Shown: positions 49,798-61,251, counted from the first letter of the whole stretch. The stretch: DNA of 61,986 bases, filler included, from 7 parts of 7 records of this genome joined end to end with filler, not necessarily neighbours in it, one strand, 5' to 3'. Made by a program: numbers and translations. The notes: generated by a model from the sequence alone, not told the origin.

Positions 49798-51363
49798 TCA
49801 GAAGTTATTGATTATAATGATAATAATTTATCAACTGGTGGGGTGTTGATTAATGCAATGTCTGCTGAACCAAGTAACCTCATTTCGATGATAGCAGGTG
49901 ACAGTGCATCAAGCGCAATCGCAAGTAAAATTTTTAATTCGCTGATCAGGTACGATGAAAATCTCAACTTTACTTCCGATATTGCCGAAAGCTGGAAGAT
50001 CTCAAATGATCAAAAAACCATTACTTTCAAAATAAAAAAGGGACTTGAGTGGTCGGATGGTGAGCCACTCACAAGTGCTGATGTTTACTTTACTTGGAAG
50101 TTAATTACCAACCCAAACACAAGAACGCCTTATGGTTCTGATTACGCCCTTGTAAGTAAAGCTAGTACCCCTGATGCAAATACTTTCATTGTCACATATG
50201 ATGATAATTATGCGCCCGCCTTAGACACATGGGCATCATTAGAAATACTGCCAAAGCATATACTAGAAAATGAAGACATCAATAGCACCTTCTTTTCACG
50301 AAAACCAACTGGCTCTAATTACTACAAACTTGGCGATTGGGTAAGCGGGCAACAAGTTAATTTAATCAAAAGTGAAAATGGTGTATTGGGAGCGGCTTAC
50401 ATAAAAAAGTTAACCTCTAGAATCATACCTGACACCTCTTCGCAATTTTTAGAGTTATCTGCTGGTAACATTGATCTTATGAATATCAACCCGATACAGT
50501 TTAAGAGAGTTTTTCCAGCTAAACCAAAACTAAAAAATAGGACGGCATTATATAAAGAGATGGGTAATGGCTACACATACCTTGGTTTCAACCTTAAAAG
50601 AGAGCCGTTTAATGATAAAAAAGTAAGGCAGGCTATCAATTACGCTATTAACAAAGATGAAGTTATCAAAGGCGTTCTTTTGGGCCTTGGTGAGCCAATC
50701 TCTAGCCCTTATAAACCAGGGACAAGATGGAGTGACCCATCTTTGAAGCCTTATGAATATAGCCCGAAAAAAGCGCTTAATTTGCTAAAAGAAGCCGGAT
50801 ACAAAATGTCAAATGATAATTTCTTGGTTAAAGATGGTAAGGCGTTAGAGTTTGAGATTATCACAAATCAAAACAAACAAAGAGAGATGACGGCAGTATT
50901 AATCCAACGTAGGCTTAAAGAGATTGGTATCAAGGTTTCTATAAGGGTGATTGAATGGGCAAGCTTCGTTAATCGATTTATAAAACCAGGTGATTTTGAT
51001 GTTGTGGTTCTTGGTTGGAGCTTATCTTTGGATCCAGATCAATTCAATATTTGGCATTCCTCACAACAAGGTCCTGGACAATTCAATTTTGTTGGTTACG
51101 ATAATAAGAAAGTTGACCAGCTACTCGAGAAAGGCAGAAGAGAATTAGACCTAGAAAAAAGAGAGCAAATCTATCATGAATTTTCGCAGCAACTATTAGA
51201 GGACTCACCAATAGTTTACCTTTATGCTGGTTATGGTCTAACAGCAGTTAATAAAAGAATTAAGGGAATTAAATCCCCTGCGCCACCAGCAGGTATTTAC
51301 CATAATAGCCAAGACTGGTTTATCCCCAAAAACTTAAGAAGAAATGAGCTGACAAATAAATGA
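49798..51363 (+). CDS. Peptide ABC transporter substrate-binding protein (family 5, 5' truncated)
   Basis: AESW...WSDGEPLTSADV-FT, YLGFN, VRQAINYAI; frame is open to the contig edge. Confidence 0.9.
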   Translation, partial: SEVIDYNDNNLSTGGVLINAMSAEPSNLISMIAGDSASSAIASKIFNSLIRYDENLNFTSDIAESWKISNDQKTITFKIKKGLEWSDGEPLTSADVYFTWKLITNPNTRTPYGSDYALVSKASTPDANTFIVTYDDNYAPALDTWASLEILPKHILENEDINSTFFSRKPTGSNYYKLGDWVSGQQVNLIKSENGVLGAAYIKKLTSRIIPDTSSQFLELSAGNIDLMNINPIQFKRVFPAKPKLKNRTALYKEMGNGYTYLGFNLKREPFNDKKVRQAINYAINKDEVIKGVLLGLGEPISSPYKPGTRWSDPSLKPYEYSPKKALNLLKEAGYKMSNDNFLVKDGKALEFEIITNQNKQREMTAVLIQRRLKEIGIKVSIRVIEWASFVNRFIKPGDFDVVVLGWSLSLDPDQFNIWHSSQQGPGQFNFVGYDNKKVDQLLEKGRRELDLEKREQIYHEFSQQLLEDSPIVYLYAGYGLTAVNKRIKGIKSPAPPAGIYHNSQDWFIPKNLRRNELTNK

Positions 51364-52379
51364 TTAAATACCTCATTAAAAGAATACTCTGGATGATACC
51401 TATGCTCATTGGTATCAGCCTCATTTCTTTCTTTATTATGCACTTAGCGCCTGGTGATATAACATCATCAGAGGCAGCTTTTAATCCAAAAGCCTCAGAG
51501 GAATCTAGGCAAAAATTAAGAAAGCTTTATAACTTAGATAAACCTGTCATCATCCAATATGGCTTATGGCTTAAGAGAATGGTCGAATTAGATTTTGGCA
51601 ATTCATTTGCATCCCATCAGAGGCCTGTCTTGTGGGAGAAAAAAGACGCCAATGGTAATGTGATTAAAGGTTTAATTCAAGAATCACTGCCAATTACACT
51701 TTTAATTAACCTGATTGGGATTTTTTTAATTTTTTCAGTCTCGATAGTGCTTGGAACTATTTCAGCAGTTAAACAAAATTCTGTCGTTGATAAATCGATC
51801 ACCTTCTTTATTTTTGTTGCTTTCGCTATCCCTGGATTTTGGCTTGCTCTTCTGCTTATGTACTGGACCGGTGTAGTAAATCAGTGGCTCCCTATATCAG
51901 GATTACATTCACTTGACTACAAAAGCTTCTCTGAAATAGGTCAATTTTTTGATCTTTTAAAACACCTGATCCTTCCGGTCTCTATATCGATGTTAAGTGG
52001 CTTGGCTGGCATTTCTTTATATGTCAGAAATGGGATGCTAGATGTCCTTCACCAGGACTTTATAACCACAGCAAGATCCAAGGGACTCAAAGAGAAAAAT
52101 GTCATTTTTACTCATGCACTGAAAAATGCCATCCTTCCCTTAATTACAATCATAGGACTTTCCATACCAGGACTGATTGGTGGTTCTGTGATCGCCGAGT
52201 CCATATTTGCCATACCAGGAATGGGCAAGCTATTTTATGACTCAGTTTTAATGCGAGATTTTCCTGTCATCATGGGCATACTTACTATTGGCTCTGTTCT
52301 TACCTTAATTGGTACCTTAATAGCTGATATTGGCTATGCATGGGCTGACCCAAGAATAAGAAAGGGATTAGTTAAATGA
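51360..52379 (+). CDS. Peptide ABC transporter permease (OppB/DppB-like)
   Basis: APGD, TARSKGL EAA-like loop, IPGMG. Confidence 0.92.
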   Translation: MIKYLIKRILWMIPMLIGISLISFFIMHLAPGDITSSEAAFNPKASEESRQKLRKLYNLDKPVIIQYGLWLKRMVELDFGNSFASHQRPVLWEKKDANGNVIKGLIQESLPITLLINLIGIFLIFSVSIVLGTISAVKQNSVVDKSITFFIFVAFAIPGFWLALLLMYWTGVVNQWLPISGLHSLDYKSFSEIGQFFDLLKHLILPVSISMLSGLAGISLYVRNGMLDVLHQDFITTARSKGLKEKNVIFTHALKNAILPLITIIGLSIPGLIGGSVIAESIFAIPGMGKLFYDSVLMRDFPVIMGILTIGSVLTLIGTLIADIGYAWADPRIRKGLVK

Positions 52380-53191
52380 ATCTTTTTAAGGGAAACTTAT
52401 TAGCAACTGTTGGGTTTATTATTATTTCAATAATTTTGTTTGTTGCTATCTTTGCTCCACTGCTAAGCCCGTATGATCCAAATTATATTGATATCAACTC
52501 AATATTGTTACCTCCCTCTTTTGATCATCTAATGGGCACTGATGGCCTTGGTAGGGATGTTCTATCAAGGATGTTGTATGGCGCTAGAATTTCACTTTTT
52601 GTTGGATTTGTTGCTGTCGGTATAGCAACTCTAATTGGTATCTTTCTTGGTTCAATAGCAGGCTTTTATGGTGGTTGGTTAGACTCAATTATCATGCGGC
52701 TTGTTGATATAATGTTATCAATACCTAGTTTCTTTCTAATTCTGGCTGTAATCGCATTTCTCACACCTTCAATCTGGAATATTATGATTGTTATTGGACT
52801 GACTTCTTGGATGGGTGTGACAAGGCTTGTCAGGGCAGAATTTTTGAGTCTAAGACAAAGAGACTATGTCTTAGCTTCCATTGTGATGGGGACTAGCAAC
52901 ACAAAAGTTATTACAAAACACCTTCTCCCGAATAGCCTGACACCAATTATTGTTAGTTCTGTTTTGGGGATAGCCAGTGCTGTATTAATTGAATCTGGAT
53001 TAAGCTTTCTAGGCCTTGGTGTTCAGGCGCCAACGGCATCGTGGGGCAACATTCTCACCGATGGAAAAGAATACATTCAATTTGCTTGGTGGCTTTCATT
53101 GTTCCCAGGCTTGGCAATTCTTGTGACGGTATTAGGTTATAATCTTCTAGGTGAAGGTTTAAGAGATGTTCTCGACCCAAAAAATAAATAA
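52376..53191 (+). CDS. Peptide ABC transporter permease (OppC/DppC-like)
   Basis: GTDGLGRD, GARISL, LSFLGLG, GEGLRD. Confidence 0.92.
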   Translation: MNLFKGNLLATVGFIIISIILFVAIFAPLLSPYDPNYIDINSILLPPSFDHLMGTDGLGRDVLSRMLYGARISLFVGFVAVGIATLIGIFLGSIAGFYGGWLDSIIMRLVDIMLSIPSFFLILAVIAFLTPSIWNIMIVIGLTSWMGVTRLVRAEFLSLRQRDYVLASIVMGTSNTKVITKHLLPNSLTPIIVSSVLGIASAVLIESGLSFLGLGVQAPTASWGNILTDGKEYIQFAWWLSLFPGLAILVTVLGYNLLGEGLRDVLDPKNK

Positions 53192-53213
53192 ATTTGATTA
53201 AAGAAAGGTATTT

Positions 53214-53999
53214 ATGAGTTTTCTTAAAAATAAAAAAGTCCTTATTTTAGGTTTATTAAGTGATAGGTCTATTGCTTATGGCATTGCAAAAAGTATGAGA
53301 GAGCAAGGTGCTGAATTAGCATTTACTTATCAAATGGAAAAACATAAAGGCCGAGTTGAAAAATTGGCAAGTGCTTTTGATTCAACTATTGTTTTGCCAT
53401 GTGATGTCTCCTCAGATGAAGATATAAATCAACTATTTCCCCTGCTCTCTGAGCATTGGAAAACCTTTGACATCATCGTACATTCTATCGCATTCGTTCC
53501 AAGAGATGCGCTGACAGGTGACTTTGTTGAGTCCACTTCAAGAGAAAATTTTAAGATTGCACACGATGTCAGTTCATACAGCTTTACTGCACTTGCAAAA
53601 GCGGCCCTGCCTTTTTTAAATCAAAACGCCAGCCTTCTGACAGTGAGTTATCTTGGCGCTGAGAGAACTATGCCTAACTATAATGTGATGGGACTAGCGA
53701 AAGCGAGCCTAGAGGCGAACGTTAGATATATGGCGCATAGTTTAGGTGAAAAGAACATTAGGGTGAATGCGGTTTCTGCTGGCCCAATTAAAACGCTTGC
53801 AGCTTCAGGCATCGCTAATTTCGATAAAATGTATGACTTTAATCAGAGGCATGCGGCGTTAAAAAGAAATGTGACCACGGATGAAGTAGGAAACGTTGCC
53901 GCATTCTTATGTAGTGATTTAGCGTCTGGCGTGACTGGGGAAATAACCTATGTCGATGGTGGGATGAATATTACGGCTGCAGGCACTGTCGAGGACTAG
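53214..53999 (+). CDS. fabI: Enoyl-ACP reductase FabI
   Basis: [28 protein letters not shown]. Confidence 0.97.
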   Translation: MSFLKNKKVLILGLLSDRSIAYGIAKSMREQGAELAFTYQMEKHKGRVEKLASAFDSTIVLPCDVSSDEDINQLFPLLSEHWKTFDIIVHSIAFVPRDALTGDFVESTSRENFKIAHDVSSYSFTALAKAALPFLNQNASLLTVSYLGAERTMPNYNVMGLAKASLEANVRYMAHSLGEKNIRVNAVSAGPIKTLAASGIANFDKMYDFNQRHAALKRNVTTDEVGNVAAFLCSDLASGVTGEITYVDGGMNITAAGTVED

Positions 54000-55888
54000 T
54001 TACGGTATTGAATAACCTGTGGGTTATATTCGATATCCGCCATCGCCCTTAAGTCATCAACATAAGCGTTATCAATTGCATCTTTTAGAGCAGCCACATA
54101 TTCATCACGATAAATATCGACCGATAAATTATCAGTCACTTCATCACTAATAACATCGTTTAATCTTACAACAATATATTCATCATTTGCCGGGTCATAT
54201 ATACCCTCGTATGAAGGTAAGTTTTCTTGGTTCATGCTAAATATTGCTCTAACAATGGGTTTGGAAATACCTTGTGGATCAACTTTATCTATAACAAGCT
54301 CATCAATCCATTCAGCTTTTTTAGTATTTGATACTAATTTTTCAATCATTTCTTCTCCATCGGAGATCAATAATTTTTGAGCATTACTCTTGGTTAAAAA
54401 CTCTTTTATTTCTTGTTTTGCATCATCAAGTGTCCTTGGTGCGCTAGGCTTAAAGTCTATCACTTGAGCAGATATTAAATTATTTGGAGAAACTTCAATT
54501 GCATTAATGTTGGTCTTTTGCTCAATAGCCTCTGGATCAAATACTGCTTGTGCAAAGGCTTCATTATTAAAAAACTTTGTCGCTGTATCGAGGGATAACC
54601 ATTGACTCTCTTGGATAGTTAGGTCAAATCTATCGGCTGCAGGTTGAAGTGAATCTGATTTTTCATAAATTAGATTAGCAAATTCCTCTGCGCCTTCTGC
54701 ATAAATTTGTTGAGCTTTTGAATATAAAATCTCACCTTTAATTTGCGCTTTTACGGAGTCGAAGGTTACCTCATCTCCTTTTATTTCAGTTAACGCAATG
54801 ATATGAAAACCAAACTGGGTTTTAACTAATGGAGACACATCCCCTACTTTCATATCAAACACTGTTTCATCGAACTCTTTGACCATCATACCTCTTGAAA
54901 AAAATCCAAGGTCTCCACCTTTTTTAGCAGATTCTGTATCTTTTGAATATTCTTTTGCTAGTTCATCAAATTTCTTAGGAGATTTTATAACTTCCTCCCT
55001 AACTGATTCAGCTAATCTTCTTACATCAATGACTTCCTCCTCTGTCATACCTGAATCTGTTAAAAATAAGATATGTTTAGCGCGCCTTTGTTGGGAACCT
55101 TCAAATTGAGCTTTATTTTCTTCAAAATATTGTTGGACTTCATCATCAGTAATCTTAACCTTGGGCAGTATCTCTGCAACAGAATAGAGTAAGAAATTCA
55201 CCTTTACCTGATCAGGCATGATGAAATTGTTAGGGTTGGATTCGTAATATTCTTTAATCTCTTCATCAGTGACATTGACTTTTTTAAGGTAATCATCAAG
55301 TCTGAGTTCAAGCATGCTTACGTCTCTTTTTTGGTAAGCTAAGTTGACAAGTTTTTGAATTTTTTCTTTAGTCACAAAGGCATATTTATTCATACTATCT
55401 TTGACTTGTTGTTTTGCCAGATCCTTTCGAATAAGTTCATCAAGCTTCTTAGGTGTTAAGTTTTGTCTCATAGCTAAATTATCATAAGCCTCTTGATCAA
55501 ACTTTCCATTTCTTTGAAAGCCAGGCATTCCGAGAATATATTGGCTGAGTTGGGTATCACTAATAACGAAGTTAGCTCTAACTGCTTCTTGCGCCACTAA
55601 TTTGGAAGCTATCATGCCATCAAGAACACTTTTTCTAAATTCAGCAGTTTCAAAGATGGCAGGATCAGGAGGAGTGCTTTGATTAAGAAACTGATCTTTT
55701 ACACGATTTAGAGCATTCTGGTAGCTCTGAATTGTGATTGATTCACCATTGACCCTAGCGGCATAAACGTCGTCACCTATAGAACTGAGGTATGAATCAA
55801 TACCAAAAAGTGCAAAAGGAATAATTATTATTACAAGGACGATTTTAGCAAATTTCGACTGTGTATTATTTCGTATTTTATCTAACAT
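53996..55888 (-). CDS. ppiD: Periplasmic folding chaperone PpiD (SurA-N plus parvulin domain)
   Basis: N-terminal [26 protein letters not shown]; located downstream of tRNA-Asp. Confidence 0.9.
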   Translation of the reverse strand: MLDKIRNNTQSKFAKIVLVIIIIPFALFGIDSYLSSIGDDVYAARVNGESITIQSYQNALNRVKDQFLNQSTPPDPAIFETAEFRKSVLDGMIASKLVAQEAVRANFVISDTQLSQYILGMPGFQRNGKFDQEAYDNLAMRQNLTPKKLDELIRKDLAKQQVKDSMNKYAFVTKEKIQKLVNLAYQKRDVSMLELRLDDYLKKVNVTDEEIKEYYESNPNNFIMPDQVKVNFLLYSVAEILPKVKITDDEVQQYFEENKAQFEGSQQRRAKHILFLTDSGMTEEEVIDVRRLAESVREEVIKSPKKFDELAKEYSKDTESAKKGGDLGFFSRGMMVKEFDETVFDMKVGDVSPLVKTQFGFHIIALTEIKGDEVTFDSVKAQIKGEILYSKAQQIYAEGAEEFANLIYEKSDSLQPAADRFDLTIQESQWLSLDTATKFFNNEAFAQAVFDPEAIEQKTNINAIEVSPNNLISAQVIDFKPSAPRTLDDAKQEIKEFLTKSNAQKLLISDGEEMIEKLVSNTKKAEWIDELVIDKVDPQGISKPIVRAIFSMNQENLPSYEGIYDPANDEYIVVRLNDVISDEVTDNLSVDIYRDEYVAALKDAIDNAYVDDLRAMADIEYNPQVIQYRN

Positions 55889-55943
55889 GGTTTATTTCTT
55901 TTTAAAGTAAATTAATCGACCTTTTTTACCCATTAAAGTTCTT

Positions 55944-55978
55944 AAATCAAATCGTAAGCTACTTTATGCAGCTTACGA
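55944..55978 (-). terminator. Hairpin/terminator downstream of tRNA-Asp
   Basis: TCGTAAGCT-N9-AGCTTACGA followed by TTTGATTT on the minus strand. Confidence 0.65.
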
Positions 55979-55984
55979 AATCGA

Positions 55985-56031
55985 TGGCGGAGTGGACGGG
56001 ACTCGAACCCGCGACCCCCGGCGTGACAGGC
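55985..56031 (-). tRNA. tRNA-Asp(GUC), 5' truncated
   Basis: Reverse complement GCCTGTCACGCCGGGGGTCGCGGGTTCGAGTCCCGTCCACTCCGCCA: GTC anticodon, T-arm, CCA end. Confidence 0.93.
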
Positions 56032-56131
56032 NNNNNNNNNNNNNNNNNNNNNNNNNNNNNNNNNNNNNNNNNNNNTTAATTAATTAANNNNNNNNNNNNN
56101 NNNNNNNNNNNNNNNNNNNNNNNNNNNNNNN
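56032..56131. other. Artificial contig spacer
   Basis: N44-TTAATTAATTAA-N44. Confidence 0.99.
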
Positions 56132-57250
56132 TGCACCAGAAATAGCTGTTTCTGCTTTACTTAGGCCTAACTTTTTCTTTAAAGTTCTAAAAGCAAGCAA
56201 CCATCCAATTCCAATATAAATTTGTGCAACTTTATCATTAAAACCTTTTTCAATTTTACGTTCAGCACCTAAATTCCCAAAGTACATTGAAATTTGAAAT
56301 AATTGTTTTTTAAGAAAAGTAGCATCTTTCATTCGCACTATCGCACCAGCGTGCATCCTCTCAAGAATTCTTGGTACTGCTGGAAAAATTGTTGGCTGTA
56401 TTTCTACTAAATCCATTTGAACTGTGTCAATTGACTCTGCAAAGTTAATTGTTGCGTGAGTATGAGTAGCAATTAGTAAGTCTGTAAGCCTCCCGAATAT
56501 GTGGCATAAGGGTAGATAGGATAAGAATTGTGGATTAGTTGCAGTAACTGACTCTACTAATGAGAAGTTTGGGATTTGTGAGCCGACCCATTTAATATTT
56601 CCATGTGAAATCATAGACCCTTTTGGTGGACCTGTGGTTCCTGATGTGTACACCAAAAAAGCAATGTCTTCATCTTCTATGGCATCTAAATGTTCATCTA
56701 CACAAGTTGGGTGGGAGTTGTATTCAGTTTTACCAATTTCTAGAAACTCAGCAAATTTCATTAACTTTGGATGGTCATAGTTGTAGAGACCTCTTTCCTC
56801 AAAATAAATTATTTTTTCTAATCCAGGTAAATCATCGATAACTTCAAGTGCTTTATCAACCTGTTCTTGATCTTCTGCAAATAATATTTTAGATTCAGAA
56901 TGCGAAAGTAAATACTGCACTTCTGATGATGGATTTGAAGGATACAAGCCAACGCTTACGTAGCCCATTGACTGAATTCCAATATCTGCAATAAACCATT
57001 CTGGTCTATTTTCAGAGTGAATTGCTACTGAATTTCCCTTCTCAACTCCAAAGTGTCTAAGTGCCATACCTAAGTAGTTTGACTTAAGCCAAAAGTCTTC
57101 ATAAGTAGTTTCCTGCCATAAACCAAATTCTTTATATCTCATTGCAATCATATCTGGAAATCTTTGAGCCGTTTCTCTTACTTTTTTAGATGGAGTCTCT
57201 CCCCCATCCCTCAAGATTTCTTCATAAATTTGGTCCATGGATAATGCCAT
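56132..57250 (-). CDS. Long-chain acyl-CoA synthetase / AMP-binding protein (3' truncated)
   Basis: YTSGTTGPPKG, LSYLPLCH, AVPRILE. Confidence 0.92.
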
Positions 57251-57252
57251 AA

Positions 57253-58023
57253 CTAACTCACTCCTAAATATGCATCGATAACTTTTTTATCTTTAACAAT
57301 TTCATTTGGAACACCTTCAGCTAATTTTTCCCCAAAATTTAATACCATGACCTCTTCTGCAATATCCATAATCATGTTCATATCGTGATCAACCATAATT
57401 ATCGTCTTTTTCATTTCTTCATGTATATCAATAATAAATCTTGCGATGTCTTCGGTTTCCTCATTATTCATTCCTGCAGCAGGCTCATCAAGTAAAAGTA
57501 AGTCAGGATTCATTGCAAGTGCCCTTCCCAATTCAACTCTTTTTTGAACACCATAAGGTAATGACATGATATAAGAGTATCTAAATTGTTCTATTTCAAG
57601 AAAATCGATAATTTCTTCAGCATTTTTTCTTGCCTCGATTTCATTTTTCTTAACCTTTTTACTAAATAGCAAACTTGATACAGGTCCATAGTTCAATTGT
57701 CTGTGGCATCCAATTAAAATATTGTCTAGTACAGTCATATTTTCAAATAATTCTATATTCTGAAAAGTTCTTGCGATCCCTAGCGAAGCAACTTCATCTG
57801 GTCTTAGTTCGTTAATGTTATTATTTCCATATTTCACTGTTCCGGTAGTTGGTCTATAAATGCCACTAATACAGTTGAATATTGAGGTTTTACCAGCACC
57901 ATTTGGTCCTATTATTGAATATAGCTTTTTTGGCTTTACCTCAAAACTTATGTCATTCAATGCTGTAATACCACCAAATTTTAATGTCACATTCTCAAAC
58001 TTTAAAGATTCTATGACAACCAC
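57253..58023 (-). CDS. HAAT-family ABC ATPase (LivG-like)
   Basis: GPNGAGKTS, ARTFQN, LDEPAAG, VIDAYLG. Confidence 0.92.
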   Translation of the reverse strand: MVVIESLKFENVTLKFGGITALNDISFEVKPKKLYSIIGPNGAGKTSIFNCISGIYRPTTGTVKYGNNNINELRPDEVASLGIARTFQNIELFENMTVLDNILIGCHRQLNYGPVSSLLFSKKVKKNEIEARKNAEEIIDFLEIEQFRYSYIMSLPYGVQKRVELGRALAMNPDLLLLDEPAAGMNNEETEDIARFIIDIHEEMKKTIIMVDHDMNMIMDIAEEVMVLNFGEKLAEGVPNEIVKDKKVIDAYLGVS

Positions 58024-58799
58024 CTTTTCTTTCTCTTGTAATGCTTTACATCTTTGAAAGATTTTCTTTTTGTTCCCTCAGCATTCAAACCTAAATAAAA
58101 CTCTCTTACATCCTCATCATTAAGCAACATATTACTTTTATTGTCCATTACAACATTGCCCGTTTCCATAATATAACCATGATCAGAAATATTAAGGGCC
58201 ATATTTGCATTCTGCTCGACAAGCAAAACTGTTACCCCTTGAGAGTTTATTTCTTGAATCAGTTCTGCAACCTCATCAACAAGTTTTGGAGCTAAGCCGA
58301 GGCTTGGCTCATCTAAGAGAAGATAACTTGGATTAGACATTAATGCTCGTCCAATTGCCAACATTTGCTGCTCTCCCCCAGATAGGTAGCCAGCTTTCCC
58401 TTTTGATCTCTCTTTAAGGATTGGAAACAGATCTAGAACTTTATCGATATTATCTTTAATGTCATTACTATTTGTATGTCCACCAAGTCTTAAGTTTTCA
58501 ATAACAGTTAGCTCAGAAAAGATTCTTCTTCCCTCAAGAACCTGTGCTATACCTTTTTCAACAATTTTTGAAGGATCTAAGTTTGTAATGTCCTCTCCGT
58601 CTACTGAAATTGATCCCTTTGTTATATCACCATTTTGAACATCTAAAAGACCAGTAATTGATCTAATGACTGTAGTTTTACCTGCGCCGTTGCTACCGAG
58701 TAAGGCAACAATTTCTCCTTTTTTAATCTCTAAAGAAACTCCCCTTAAGACGAGGATTACATCTTGGTAAACTACTTCTAGGTTTTCAATAGCTAACAT
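58011..58799 (-). CDS. HAAT-family ABC ATPase (LivF-like)
   Basis: GSNGAGKTT, LSGGEQQMLAIGRALM, LDEPSLGLAP; ATG 58799 follows an AAGG SD. Confidence 0.92.
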   Translation of the reverse strand: MLAIENLEVVYQDVILVLRGVSLEIKKGEIVALLGSNGAGKTTVIRSITGLLDVQNGDITKGSISVDGEDITNLDPSKIVEKGIAQVLEGRRIFSELTVIENLRLGGHTNSNDIKDNIDKVLDLFPILKERSKGKAGYLSGGEQQMLAIGRALMSNPSYLLLDEPSLGLAPKLVDEVAELIQEINSQGVTVLLVEQNANMALNISDHGYIMETGNVVMDNKSNMLLNDEDVREFYLGLNAEGTKRKSFKDVKHYKRKKRWLS

Positions 58800-58957
58800 G
58801 TACCTTATTACTTTAACTGATGATTTATTGAATTCACAATTCAAATTAAAGATGAATAAAAAAACAGAAACCAAATATGTATGATTAAGTCATAACTTCA
58901 AATTTCAAAATAATCTCCTTTCTATATAAATGTCACTACATTTGAACTACATATAAG

Positions 58958-60175
58958 ATGATGTATATGGATAATGAAAATTTCGAGCAACAAGAATTAT
59001 TTAAGCAAGAAAAGTATATTTCTGATTTACTGGAGCAAAAAACTCCAAAAAATAAATCTTCACTAAATACAATTTTTGGAAGCTCAATACTTACAAGCAT
59101 CATTGTTTTATCTTTTCTCTATGTTTACGGAATATTTGATGATAATGAAATTATCATTCCTGACCCCGTAACTATCACCGAAACGGTTACTGAAACAGAA
59201 GTGATCATGCCAAGAATTGATTCAACTGAAATTGTTTCAATTGCTGAAATTGCTACAAAAACTATAGTTCAAATTCAAGTAGGGCAAGTTAACGAAAATG
59301 ATGAATTCATTTCTTTAGGTGGTGGTTCTGGAGTAGTTATATCGGCAGAGGGGTTAATCATAACAAATCATCATGTAATTGATGAGGCTTCTTCCGTTAG
59401 GGTTATTTTTGAAGACGGAAGGATGTATAAAGCTGAAATTATCGGTTCAGATAAACTTACTGACATTGGTTTAGTCAAAATTGAATCAAGTAGCTTAACA
59501 CCAATTGTTATTGGAAACAGTGACATACTACTTGTTGGAGATTTGGCAGTAGCTATTGGTCATCCACTTACGCTAGGAGCAGCCCCAACTGTTACTACTG
59601 GTATCGTTTCCGCATTAGAGAGAAGACTCGATGTTGGTGGACAGGACATGAACTCGTCGGTTACTTTATTTGGGCTCATACAAACTGATGCACCTATAAC
59701 TAGAGGATCAAGTGGTGGGGCTCTTTTAAATCAAAGAGGTGAATTAATTGGTATTACTACTGCTATCGCTACCGCTGATGTCGGCGCCGAGGGTCTCGGA
59801 TTTGCAGTGCCAATAAATTTAGCCTTAAACATAAGCCAGGACTTAATTGATGATGGAAAAGTTTATCATTCATTCCTTGGAATTTTAGGCGCACAACACT
59901 TTGAAGTAGCTGAAGATGGAGCAAGAATTTTCTCAGGAGTCGAAATCCAGGAATTGTACGGACCAGCTAACGATATATATGCAATTGGTAAAGCTGGGGC
60001 ATTACCTGGTGATATTATTAAAAAAGTTAATGGAAAAAATATTAAAACCTTAGATGGATTGATAAGTTTTTTGAGGGGCAAAAAAGCTGGAGATGAAATT
60101 TCTATTGAAATAATTAGAAATGGCCAAACCATAACTTTGGAATTCTTATTAGACCTAAGACCATCTGATGTCTAA
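58958..60175 (+). CDS. HtrA/DegP-like membrane serine protease with PDZ domain
   Basis: TM anchor, TNHHV, TDIG, GSSGG catalytic Ser, C-terminal PDZ. Confidence 0.92.
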   Translation: MMYMDNENFEQQELFKQEKYISDLLEQKTPKNKSSLNTIFGSSILTSIIVLSFLYVYGIFDDNEIIIPDPVTITETVTETEVIMPRIDSTEIVSIAEIATKTIVQIQVGQVNENDEFISLGGGSGVVISAEGLIITNHHVIDEASSVRVIFEDGRMYKAEIIGSDKLTDIGLVKIESSSLTPIVIGNSDILLVGDLAVAIGHPLTLGAAPTVTTGIVSALERRLDVGGQDMNSSVTLFGLIQTDAPITRGSSGGALLNQRGELIGITTAIATADVGAEGLGFAVPINLALNISQDLIDDGKVYHSFLGILGAQHFEVAEDGARIFSGVEIQELYGPANDIYAIGKAGALPGDIIKKVNGKNIKTLDGLISFLRGKKAGDEISIEIIRNGQTITLEFLLDLRPSDV

Positions 60176-61215
60176 TGTCTGAGGATATTTTCTCTCAATT
60201 CTTTAATCTGTTTAATAACAATGACTCAGATGTTAATTGGGAGCTTTCAAAACAAATTAACAAACATTTAAACAAAGATAGTTCGGAAGAAATTCTTGAA
60301 CTCTCTAATGATCAACTAGATTTGAATGAAATCTTTAGGTTCTTAGAGTTAAATATTCATAATGTAGGTAATTTTGATTCAGAGCAAACAAGTATTCAAA
60401 TACTTGAGCCAAGTCTTTATGGTGAATGGTTCTTGAACTCAATACAACATTTTGACTTTTCAAAATTTAGTATTGGTGACCTTCCTGGAGGACTACAAAT
60501 AGGAAACATCCAATCTTCCATAATTGGTATGCAACTAGGTAACTTGGCTGGAATGATCAGTAAGAATATGTGGGGACTTAGCCAGTTTGGAATTATTCTT
60601 CCACAATCAGACATTCTCGCAATTAATAAAAATAAATATTTTGAACGAATAGAACAATTTGAAACCGATATAAATGAACTTGCTCTTTCACTGCTGACTT
60701 TGGAAGTTGTTGCATTAAGTCTTGGTAAATATACCTCACCTTTTGAAAAAATAATTGAGAATCTTGAAAAAGCAAGTAGAGAGATGATGGAAGGTTTTAA
60801 AGACTTAGATTTAGATCCCTCAAAGATGGCAAACCCTGAGGATATGTTGCAAAATTTCTCAGGACTTGAAGGATTTGACTCTTCAAAAATAATTGAAGAG
60901 ATTATTGCACCACTTAGTTTTTATAGGGGTGTCATAAAATCAAAAGCTAAGAGTTTAAATTTAATTCAAGACAATACTACTTATGACCTTCTGATGGATC
61001 TAAGTTTTACACTTGGTGAGAGTCCTCTTGGTGAAATTGAAAAAAGTATAGACGAGCTTGACGAATCAACATCACTTTTCTTTGATTTCCTAGTATCGTC
61101 TAATAGTCAATACTCAATTGATGACATGCTTTTGGATAAGGAATTAATACCAAGCAGGAGTGAGATTGAAGATCCAATCTCTTGGGCTGCAAGGACTTCT
61201 TTACCGCCTATTTAA
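60175..61215 (+). CDS. Actinobacterial DUF2342/zincin-like protein, apparently lacking HExxH
   Basis: VNWELS, GMQLG...GLSQF, and C-terminal PSRSEIEDPISW resemble the Rv3195-type family; no HExxH seen. Confidence 0.55.
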   Translation: MSEDIFSQFFNLFNNNDSDVNWELSKQINKHLNKDSSEEILELSNDQLDLNEIFRFLELNIHNVGNFDSEQTSIQILEPSLYGEWFLNSIQHFDFSKFSIGDLPGGLQIGNIQSSIIGMQLGNLAGMISKNMWGLSQFGIILPQSDILAINKNKYFERIEQFETDINELALSLLTLEVVALSLGKYTSPFEKIIENLEKASREMMEGFKDLDLDPSKMANPEDMLQNFSGLEGFDSSKIIEEIIAPLSFYRGVIKSKAKSLNLIQDNTTYDLLMDLSFTLGESPLGEIEKSIDELDESTSLFFDFLVSSNSQYSIDDMLLDKELIPSRSEIEDPISWAARTSLPPI

Positions 61216-61251
61216 GATAAATTACTAAAATATAAAAAAAAGGAGAAACAA

